Source: Candidatus Heimdallarchaeota archaeon (GTDB taxonomy: Archaea; Asgardarchaeota; Heimdallarchaeia; Heimdallarchaeales; Heimdallarchaeaceae). Taken from it: a stretch of DNA of 16,680 nt. The stretch is from assembly GCA_016840095.1 (NCBI GenBank), contig JAEOSZ010000032.1, positions 1 to 16,680 of the forward strand, in the 5' to 3' direction. The notes under the pieces are model-generated. The model was not told where the DNA came from. It made no database searches and saw only the letters and a list, made by a program, of their open reading frames with translations. This document shows, one piece after another, positions 6,524 through 14,156 of this stretch (its first letter is position 1; each line of letters opens with the position of its first letter). A program made the position numbers and the translations under genes.

Positions 6524-8131
6524 ATGAAAAAGCATCACAAATTCGAAAATAAGAAACTTGTTGATCTAAATCCAAAACCATTGAAAAAACAGATACTTGA
6601 TAATATCTTCATTTTTGGTCTTATTAATCTGCTCTGGTTTCTATTTCGTACTGGAAAAAAACCTTCTAGAATAACCTATCCTTGTCAACAAGAAGCTCTA
6701 AGAAATGCTTCAATTGGACTGGGTTCAGTTATCCCAATTATATCTCTAACAGCTGTTTTTACAACTATTAAGTCTTGGTTCTCTTACAGTAGATTCTTTA
6801 TTGTATTCATACTAACCGTATCAACTGTTGGAACTGCAACAGTCTCTTATACAGTAAATTCTAACCAGGAAGTTTTTCTAGACATTAGCTCCATAGAGTC
6901 AGAATCAGATGATGCTTCAGATATTTTCATTGTTAATGGTGAAGAAGTTGCTCATATTAACAACTTAATTGACTTAATGGGAACACAGAATCTAACTTTT
7001 TATCAAACTACTTTAATTGATGTTAATCAAGGTCCCAATGGTTTAATTGCATCTGATGATGTAGTTTTGCTCAAAAACAACTGTCAGTGGGCAAAAAGAG
7101 GTGGAACCAACACTGATATGATTAAGGAATTAATTCAAGCTATTATCAATCATCCTGAAACCTTCACAGGAGAAATAGTTATTGCTGATAATGGGCAAGG
7201 TAGGGGAGCTATGGATTGGAGTGATGCTAATTCAGAAGATAAAAGCCAGTCAGTACAAGATGTAGCAGATTTCTTCAGTTCAGAATATCAAGTTTCAGCT
7301 TATCTCTGGGATGACATTAATAACATTGAGGTAGACGAATACTCTCAAGGAGACCTGAATGATGGATACGTAGTTTATGACATTCCAGATCCTGAAACAG
7401 GCATATATGTATCATATCCCAAATTTGAAACAGATTTTGGCACAAAAATCAGTTTTCGAGATGGTATTTGGAATGGTACAGATTACGAAGAAAAACTCAA
7501 AGTAATCAATCTTCCAGTGTTGAAATCTCATTCAGGTTTTGGTGTTACAGCAACAACTAAGCACTATATGGGTGTACAATCTCAAGGCGTAGCTAATGGA
7601 CATGACAGAATTGCTGCAGGAGGAATGGGTACTCTAATGGTTGAACTTGGCATCCCAACATTAAATATCATTGATGCGATTTGGGTTAATGCTAATCCTG
7701 AATCTTCAGCTTATGAAGGACCTGGAACAAGTTATACAGAAGCTACTCGAGTCAATGTACTTATTGCAGGTATTGATCCAATAGCTTTAGATTATTGGTC
7801 AGCTAAAAATATACTACTCCAAGCTTCTGAAATGATAGGTTACGAAGACACCTATTCATTAGATCCGGATAGCACTAAAAGCACTGGACTGACAGAAGCT
7901 TTCGGAATATGGCTTAATCGAACAATGGATGAGCTCCTTAGTGCAGGATATAATGTCACTAATGATGAATTAAAGATGAATATTTACTCAAACTCTTTGA
8001 ATATAACTGTAGGACCAATGAACAATAACCAGATTTGGATTTATTTCGGTTCCATTGGAGGAAGTCTCATACTTGTTGGGATAGCAGTACCATATGTATT
8101 GAAGTTCCTTAAAAAAAGAAGAATGAAGTAA
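6524..8131 (+). CDS. Membrane-anchored DUF362 domain-containing protein
   Basis: DDVVLLKNN, TNTDMIKELI, EIVIADNGQG, INLPVLKSH..GVTATTKHYMG and IDPIALD are DUF362-type motifs. There are N-terminal hydrophobic segments with WFLFRTGKKPSRITYPCQ, and a C-terminal TM helix followed by a basic tail. Confidence 0.8.
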   Translation: MKKHHKFENKKLVDLNPKPLKKQILDNIFIFGLINLLWFLFRTGKKPSRITYPCQQEALRNASIGLGSVIPIISLTAVFTTIKSWFSYSRFFIVFILTVSTVGTATVSYTVNSNQEVFLDISSIESESDDASDIFIVNGEEVAHINNLIDLMGTQNLTFYQTTLIDVNQGPNGLIASDDVVLLKNNCQWAKRGGTNTDMIKELIQAIINHPETFTGEIVIADNGQGRGAMDWSDANSEDKSQSVQDVADFFSSEYQVSAYLWDDINNIEVDEYSQGDLNDGYVVYDIPDPETGIYVSYPKFETDFGTKISFRDGIWNGTDYEEKLKVINLPVLKSHSGFGVTATTKHYMGVQSQGVANGHDRIAAGGMGTLMVELGIPTLNIIDAIWVNANPESSAYEGPGTSYTEATRVNVLIAGIDPIALDYWSAKNILLQASEMIGYEDTYSLDPDSTKSTGLTEAFGIWLNRTMDELLSAGYNVTNDELKMNIYSNSLNITVGPMNNNQIWIYFGSIGGSLILVGIAVPYVLKFLKKRRMK

Positions 8132-8143
8132 TCTATAGATCAA

Positions 8144-9073
8144 CTAATTATTTTCAAATACTTTTTCCCAAACTCTAGAGTATTGTTTATGCTTAAAACC
8201 GATTGAAAGGTAAAATTGTTGACCATCTCCAACATAAACTTTTCGAGCTCCTTTTTGCTTGACTCGTTTAATTGCTTCATAATTTGCAGCTTTAGCTAAC
8301 CCCTTCCTTCTATGTCCAGGATCAGTACCAACCGGTTCCAATACCCCAATTTTATTTTTCTCATCAAACCAGACCAAACAAAAAGAAACAATCTCACTAT
8401 CAGGTGCTACAATGTAAATATCCAATTCTTTGTTATAATCAGGTGCTTTCTGCAGTGCTTCATAAGAATGTGGTTGGACCTCATGTTCTGTTCCCCAGTT
8501 TCCAAAAGCTTTTGCGAAAGCTTTAGTTCTTTTAATAATATCGTTGTTCTCAGCCATAGTCATGATTTTGTATCCTTCAGGTAACTTAGGATACAGAAAA
8601 TCTTGATTTAATGAAATTTCAGAAGTTGTTTCTTTTGCATCAGCTATAATAGAATATCCTCTTTCCTTTGCTATCTTCTCAAGAATAGTATCACCATTTC
8701 TTATTCTAGGTCTAAGCAAGATTTTGCCATCAATTTCTGCTTTAACATTTTCTTCTGCAAATTCAAACATTTCAAGATAATCTACTATATCAAGATACTT
8801 TGGATTCACTAGGAAGAATGTTTCCCCTCTATTCATTGCTTCATTAACTACTAGACTAACAATTTCACCATCCTGTGCTTCCCAAATTCCGATAGTTTTA
8901 CTCCATTCTTCTAAGGATAGCTCAAACATGTCCCTTATGAAATATGCAGAATAATTCCATCTCTCTATAGTCCAATTGAGCAAATAACCTTCATCTCTAT
9001 ATGTTAGTTGAAGGAAATCTCGTATCCTTAAGAAATCATCATCATGATTATATTCTTTAAAGAGGATTTTCAT
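8144..9073 (-). CDS. GNAT family N-acetyltransferase (C-terminal GNAT domain)
   Basis: FCLVWFD..NKIGVLEPVGTDPGHRRKGLAKA (motif A) and FYLSIGF (motif B). ATG 9073 (MKILFKEY) is preferred over 9136 because a TTAAAA box lies 23 nt upstream of it. Confidence 0.9.
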   Translation of the reverse strand: MKILFKEYNHDDDFLRIRDFLQLTYRDEGYLLNWTIERWNYSAYFIRDMFELSLEEWSKTIGIWEAQDGEIVSLVVNEAMNRGETFFLVNPKYLDIVDYLEMFEFAEENVKAEIDGKILLRPRIRNGDTILEKIAKERGYSIIADAKETTSEISLNQDFLYPKLPEGYKIMTMAENNDIIKRTKAFAKAFGNWGTEHEVQPHSYEALQKAPDYNKELDIYIVAPDSEIVSFCLVWFDEKNKIGVLEPVGTDPGHRRKGLAKAANYEAIKRVKQKGARKVYVGDGQQFYLSIGFKHKQYSRVWEKVFENN

Positions 9074-9139
9074 GCACCAAAATACGAGATAGGTAGTTTT
9101 AAGAGTTACTGTTCCATAAAAAGTAGTATTTACCATAAT

Positions 9140-9739
9140 CTACTTCTGGGCAATTATCCAATAGTGTAATTCATCGCCTTTTTCCAGAATTTCATCAAAC
9201 AGAACTAAGAATCCAGTTTCTTTGACCAAAGATAAGGACTTTTCAGGTGAGTAATTGCTCCAAAACATTTCAACCCCAATAAAATCATCTCCATAAGAAT
9301 CTCCACTGTGTGTTCCTAAGCAGAAAAAAAGGATACCTGCCGGTTTCAACATACGGTAGAAGTTTTCTAGAACAGAGGAGTGTTTCTCTTTTGGAACATG
9401 GAACATAGAGTAAATGGCAGTTATACAATCAAAAGAAAGCTCGGGAAAGTCTAGCTTACTCATATCTGATCTAAAGAATTTCGCTTCAGGTACATTCACT
9501 TTTGCTAGTTCTATCATGGTTTCGGATATATCAATTCCAGTTACCGAAAACCCCTTCTCAACAAAAAACTTAGCTATAGGAAGACCTGTACCACACCCTG
9601 CATCTAAAACATTACCTTTCTCTGGAAGATGTTTGAGCACAATTTCTAATTCTGGTAGATTACTAAAAAGGTCTCTATACTCCATGTAATTTGAACCAAT
9701 TTCATCATAACCTTTCTTGACTAAATTCCCCTTCTTCAT
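9140..9739 (-). CDS. Class I SAM-dependent methyltransferase
   Basis: VLDAGCGTG motif I, VTGIDIS motif II, SFDCI, FYRMLKPAG. The start is ATG 9739 or TTG 9745. Confidence 0.93.
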   Translation of the reverse strand: MKKGNLVKKGYDEIGSNYMEYRDLFSNLPELEIVLKHLPEKGNVLDAGCGTGLPIAKFFVEKGFSVTGIDISETMIELAKVNVPEAKFFRSDMSKLDFPELSFDCITAIYSMFHVPKEKHSSVLENFYRMLKPAGILFFCLGTHSGDSYGDDFIGVEMFWSNYSPEKSLSLVKETGFLVLFDEILEKGDELHYWIIAQK

Positions 9740-9834
9740 AATCAATCTGCTAGAATATAGTTTCTGCTATTATAAGAATTCTCTTCAAACCTTTGAGAAA
9801 TCTAAATATACCTCAAAAAAAATGCTTTCTTATA

Positions 9835-11304
9835 ATGTCATTAGAAGTTTTAGAGAAAAAAGTTGTTCCAAAGATACCTTTGAGTAAAAATGAGAAGAAG
9901 CTTCTTGCTTTAGTTGACAAAAGTGAACAACAAATTATTGATTTACTGCAAGATTTAGTGAAAATTGAATCATTAAACTTTTCTGAATTTCAGTATCATA
10001 AAATCGATGAAATTTTTGAGTTTACCAAGGATTTTATGGATAAAGGTGGTTTTAATACAACGTTGTTCAAAGCACCATTTCAAAGTAAAAGAAAAGATGA
10101 ATATTATTACAATCTGATTTCTTTTCTTGAAGGAGAAAAGAAAGGAAAAACACTGCAATTTAATGGGCATCTGGATATAGTTCCTTTTAATCCAGAAAAT
10201 TGGGATGAAGACACTCCTCCTTTAGGTGGTGTCATTAAGGATGGAAAATTGTATGGAAGAGGTTCAGTAGACATGAAAGCTGGTATTGCATGCCAAATGA
10301 TAGCTATGAAGATTCTCAAAGAATCTAGATTGAGTTTTAAAGGAAAGCTTCAACTTTGGTTAGTTCCTGATGAAGAAACACATGGAACTTATGGTTCAGT
10401 TTTTATGACTAAGAATCACTTTGATATAGTAAATGCAGACGCTACTATAATAGGTGAACCTAGTATAAGAAAACCACTGACCAGTCCAACCATTGGATTG
10501 GGAGAGAAAGGACCTCATTGGTTGAAGTTTACATTCCATGGAGTAGCTGGACATGGAAGCTGGCCAAAATTAAAATCAAATGCCATCAATAAAGCTACTA
10601 GATTTATACACAAAGCTAATAGAAGATTGAAAATCCCAAAGCATAAACCACCAATTTCGAAATTTCAACAGTTGAAGTATATGTTGAAGCGTGTAACCTT
10701 CTCAGATTTGAGAAAAATCCGATCATTTGTACCAGAAAAAAGTCCTTTAGATAAAGATAAGAGAGATTCAAATATTTTATACAAAACCACTTTTAGTTTT
10801 ACTGAAATAAATGCTGGAATCAAAACCAATGTTATTCCTGACACTTGTGAATTATCAGTAGATTTTCGAGCAATGCCAGGATTGTCAACTCAAGATTTAT
10901 TTGATTCTATAGTTAAATTCTGTTCAAAGCTGAAGTATCGTATAGAACTCCCAGAAGGATATAGAAATTCTCAACTTCAGAATACTAAATTCATGAAGGA
11001 ACCTGTTGACATAACTATGTCAATAATCACTATTGGTGAAGGATCAGCTACTGATCCAAATACAGAGTTTGGAAAAACAATTCAGAATTCATTCGAAGCA
11101 ATTTACGAATCAAGTCCCGTTTTTCATTTTAATACTGGTTTTTCAGATGGGGGAAACATGAGAGAAGCAGGTATGAAAGATATCTTTGTATTTGGTCCAG
11201 GAGGAAGAAATGCGCATAATGCGAATGAGTATGCAGATGTGGATACGCTCAAAGATGTAACAAAATTGTACTTACTCATTGCATATAGATATCTAAATTC
11301 TTAG
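9835..11304 (+). CDS. M20A family metallo-amidohydrolase (ArgE/DapE-like)
   Basis: FNGHLDIVP, LYGRGSVDMKAG, PDEE, IGEP, GHGS, TNVIPD, DFR, SDG and AHNANE are the M20 metal-binding and catalytic motifs. ATG 9835 is preferred over TTG 9793 (TAAATATA at 9803-9810 lies 24 nt upstream). Confidence 0.92.
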   Translation: MSLEVLEKKVVPKIPLSKNEKKLLALVDKSEQQIIDLLQDLVKIESLNFSEFQYHKIDEIFEFTKDFMDKGGFNTTLFKAPFQSKRKDEYYYNLISFLEGEKKGKTLQFNGHLDIVPFNPENWDEDTPPLGGVIKDGKLYGRGSVDMKAGIACQMIAMKILKESRLSFKGKLQLWLVPDEETHGTYGSVFMTKNHFDIVNADATIIGEPSIRKPLTSPTIGLGEKGPHWLKFTFHGVAGHGSWPKLKSNAINKATRFIHKANRRLKIPKHKPPISKFQQLKYMLKRVTFSDLRKIRSFVPEKSPLDKDKRDSNILYKTTFSFTEINAGIKTNVIPDTCELSVDFRAMPGLSTQDLFDSIVKFCSKLKYRIELPEGYRNSQLQNTKFMKEPVDITMSIITIGEGSATDPNTEFGKTIQNSFEAIYESSPVFHFNTGFSDGGNMREAGMKDIFVFGPGGRNAHNANEYADVDTLKDVTKLYLLIAYRYLNS

Positions 11305-11305
11305 T

Positions 11306-11336
11306 AAAAAAGAAACGAGAAGAGTCCTACTCTTCT
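11306..11336 (-). terminator. Hairpin plus U-rich tract at the end of the histidine kinase gene (between convergent genes)
   Basis: Perfect 8-bp inverted repeat AGAAGAGT-cct-ACTCTTCT (11318-11336) spanning the kinase stop codon, followed on the minus strand by CGTTTCTTTTTT. Confidence 0.45.
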
Positions 11337-12775
11337 GATAGGATGAGAGGAAACTTCATAGTTACAATTGTACCTTTAGGTTCGTTATCTTCAATCGAAA
11401 AGGTTCCTCCAAAGCTTTCTATTGCTGTTTTTGCTAGATTCAACCCAACTCCTTCTGGTTTCCACTCTTTTTCAGTTACCATAAGACTATAGTCTAAAAT
11501 CATCTTCTTTTCAGCATCACTCATACCTTTACCATTGTCTATAATCTGAATAATAATAGAATCGGCAGTTTTTTCAGCGTCTATTATTACTTCAACATCT
11601 TCCCCTCCATGTTTAAACGCATTTTCAATGATATTGAATAGTATGAAGTTTATTAACTGATTAGCCCAGATGTAGAGTTTTTTGTCTTTGATTTTTACTG
11701 TAACTTTCTCGAAAAGCTGTGCAACTTCATTGATAAAAGTGATTGGTACTTTCTCTGTTCGAAGACTAGTGTAAATCTCACTACTAGATCTAAGTTTTGT
11801 TATGCGGTTTTCCATATTTTTTAGTCTTTTAGACGCTATTTCTAACAGGTCACTTGATTTTTTCTCTTCATATAATTCAAGAGCATTGGAAACAACAATA
11901 ATGTCATTCCCCAAATCATGTCGTAATAGTTGAGTCAATATTATTAAGTCTCTTACTTTATCATCAAGCTCAAGATATAAAGATTTATACCGCTTTCTCT
12001 CTTCTTCAATAGCAGTAATTGATGATACAACTAAATTCTTCCCTCTCACCCATATTAGAATAGCAAGCATATAACTAAAACCTAGTAAATTGAATATTCT
12101 AGTTATCCCTCTATATTTTATATCTCCAAACAAACCATAAAATAACTGAAATGTATCCCCAAAAAACAGGAATGCGAAACCTGTTAGCAGTGCTAAGATA
12201 TAGTACCTGAAAGTTATTTCCATGTAGATTACATAAAGCGTTATTAGCAAGAACATAATTAGAATTACTTCAATAAAAAAAGGCAGAAAGAGCAAAAATT
12301 CTGACATTGGAACTCCTTGTGATAATGCTAAACGAACAGCAATTATTGCTACAGTAATGAAACCGGTAGATGCAACAATTGAACCAAACAAAAAGATGTT
12401 AAGAGATTGAAGTTTAATTAATCTTGCATCAAGAATTACTCTAATAACAAGAAAGATTAGAATGGGTAGATTTCCTAAAAAGTCAGATAGATCACTAAAC
12501 CATTCTACGGGATAGGAGCTAAATAAACTAACTAGATCAAAAATCGTATTTAGCAGGTAAATTAGCATAGAGAGTCCAAACATCGAGAAAAAGAATATCA
12601 AATCGCGTTTCTTCGAATATATAATATAAATAACTGATACTAATGTACTTATTAGTGTTATAATGAAAATCATAATTTTGTAATATGCATTTAATTCTAG
12701 GTTTGGAATTAGATAAGGAATAATAGTTAACAAAGGAAAAAGGAACAGAAGAAATGTATAGTATCGATTATTCAT
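11327..12775 (-). CDS. Integral-membrane sensor histidine kinase
   Basis: About 8 hydrophobic helices in aa 5-243, then a coiled linker, H-box LLRHDLGND, N-box NIIENAFKHG, G1 DNGKGM, G2 GVGL and terminal GTIV. Confidence 0.93.
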   Translation of the reverse strand: MNNRYYTFLLFLFPLLTIIPYLIPNLELNAYYKIMIFIITLISTLVSVIYIIYSKKRDLIFFFSMFGLSMLIYLLNTIFDLVSLFSSYPVEWFSDLSDFLGNLPILIFLVIRVILDARLIKLQSLNIFLFGSIVASTGFITVAIIAVRLALSQGVPMSEFLLFLPFFIEVILIMFLLITLYVIYMEITFRYYILALLTGFAFLFFGDTFQLFYGLFGDIKYRGITRIFNLLGFSYMLAILIWVRGKNLVVSSITAIEEERKRYKSLYLELDDKVRDLIILTQLLRHDLGNDIIVVSNALELYEEKKSSDLLEIASKRLKNMENRITKLRSSSEIYTSLRTEKVPITFINEVAQLFEKVTVKIKDKKLYIWANQLINFILFNIIENAFKHGGEDVEVIIDAEKTADSIIIQIIDNGKGMSDAEKKMILDYSLMVTEKEWKPEGVGLNLAKTAIESFGGTFSIEDNEPKGTIVTMKFPLILSEE

Positions 12776-12831
12776 AGATTATATATGAAATGCAAATTAA
12801 AAAATTTAATGCCTAATCATCTTCTCTTCTT

Positions 12832-13983
12832 TTAGGAGCGTTTCTGCTTCCTATTTAAAATAGAAACTAACAGTATTCCACCGACAAAAACAGAACCGAT
12901 TGCTATTAAAAGATAAGTAGACACAGGTAAATCTGTCTTTCTCCAATCCTTATTCTGATTTATTGTATAGTATTTTTTCAAAAAAGATTCTAAAGTACGT
13001 CCAGTTATCGATAGACTTGCAACATCAATATTACTCAAATCATCAGAATGAGTGTGATGATAGGTCCACTCTCCATTTATGAAATCGATTATTAAATCTA
13101 TTACAGGAATTCCAATTTCATCAAAAGCTACATGGTCATCTGTTATGTACATTGATTTAGGCTGACTCGGAAAAGCTTCATAATAACCCAATTTAATCCC
13201 TTCGTCAAATATACTATCATGCAATGCTTCGTTAGATCGAGACTCTTTTACAAATTTTAGATTGGATCCACCAACCATATCTAGTAAAATAAAACAATCA
13301 ATAGTTTCAGAAGTGGAATTATAAAAAGAATCTATTTCATTGGCAAACACTATTGAACCTTCTGCCCAACCCCAACCTTGTAAACCGTACATACCTCTGG
13401 AATAACCTTGATCTTCAGCATCTAAGAAAAGAAACCAAAGCTGGCAATCAAGCTCATTTTTATACTCGTATAAAACCCTAGAGAGTTCTAATAACACAGC
13501 TACTCCTGAACCGCCATCATTTGCACCAGGGATAGGGAAACTTTGATTTTCTGTATCTTTTTCTGCAACATTTCTTGAATCCCAATGAGCACTAAGAATG
13601 ACAATATTTTCTTCATGTGGATTTATTTTTCCTAGAACATTCTGACATTGATAACTTGGTTCTCCAGATTTCTGTATGGTAAAATTGTGCGTTACAACAG
13701 TGTCAGTTACATTAAGTAATTCTGCTCTTATCCAATCTGCACAATCATCGTGAGAGGAAGTACCGGGGACTCTGGGACCAAAGGACAACTGAGTTTCAAT
13801 ATCATCATATGCAGCTGTCTCATTGAAATATAGTGGTTGTGCAGCAGAAATCATTGAGAGGCTAAGAGTATTTTCAAGATTTAGATCTAAATCAGACAAA
13901 TTATATTGTAGGTTCATTCCAAGAAGAATCAATAGCAGTACAAAATAACTGAGAAATCTCTTGGATTTTGAATTCACATGCAA
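12832..13983 (-). CDS. M28 family Zn enzyme, glutaminyl-peptide cyclotransferase (QC)-like, with N-terminal signal/TM and C-terminal membrane anchor
   Basis: FGPRVPGT, AHWDSR, GANDGGSGVAVLLELSR, FLDAED, LLDMVG, TDDH, HHT..DD. The start is TTG 13983 or GTG 13977. Confidence 0.88.
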   Translation of the reverse strand: MHVNSKSKRFLSYFVLLLILLGMNLQYNLSDLDLNLENTLSLSMISAAQPLYFNETAAYDDIETQLSFGPRVPGTSSHDDCADWIRAELLNVTDTVVTHNFTIQKSGEPSYQCQNVLGKINPHEENIVILSAHWDSRNVAEKDTENQSFPIPGANDGGSGVAVLLELSRVLYEYKNELDCQLWFLFLDAEDQGYSRGMYGLQGWGWAEGSIVFANEIDSFYNSTSETIDCFILLDMVGGSNLKFVKESRSNEALHDSIFDEGIKLGYYEAFPSQPKSMYITDDHVAFDEIGIPVIDLIIDFINGEWTYHHTHSDDLSNIDVASLSITGRTLESFLKKYYTINQNKDWRKTDLPVSTYLLIAIGSVFVGGILLVSILNRKQKRS

Positions 13984-14036
13984 TATGATACATACCGTAT
14001 TATTAACTTTTTTAATTTAATATATCAAATTAGATT

Positions 14037-14069
14037 AAAAACAAGTGCTCAAGAGCAAACTTGATTTTT
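14037..14069. promoter_or_regulatory. Imperfect inverted repeat in the divergent promoter region (candidate operator)
   Basis: AAAAA-CAAG-TGCTC-aa-GAGCA-aa-CTTG-a-TTTTT; the core TGCTC-N2-GAGCA (14046-14057) is a perfect palindrome. Confidence 0.35.
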
Positions 14070-14091
14070 CACTATTTCTACTATTTGGAAT

Positions 14092-14150
14092 GAAATCTTT
14101 AAATAAATGTACCAAACAGTGAGAAATATCTAGAATCAATAGATGGTGAT
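14092..14150 (+). promoter_or_regulatory. BRE/TATA box (GAAATC-TTTAAATA, TATA 14098-14105) and GGTGAT ribosome-binding site (14145-14150) for the 14157 gene
   Basis: Consensus archaeal TATA preceded by a purine-rich element. GGTGAT lies 6 nt upstream of the TTG start. Confidence 0.55.
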
Positions 14151-14156
14151 GATCTT

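Noticed and set aside
9074-9136. 21-aa N-terminal extension of the GNAT and apparent translational coupling to the methyltransferase
   Set aside because: The extension contains a TATA-like box 23 nt before ATG 9073 and does not look like part of the domain, so the downstream ATG is the more likely start.
3107-11304. Class III aminotransferase plus ArgE/DapE-like enzyme plus GNAT as an arginine or lysine biosynthesis cluster
   Set aside because: The genes are dispersed on different strands, the aminotransferase lacks ArgD motifs, and no kinase, reductase or LysW genes are present.
13834-13848. SAA-Q in the QC-like protein as a self-substrate (signal peptidase site exposing Gln)
   Set aside because: Gln49 lies more than 25 residues after the hydrophobic region, too far for a normal signal peptidase I site.
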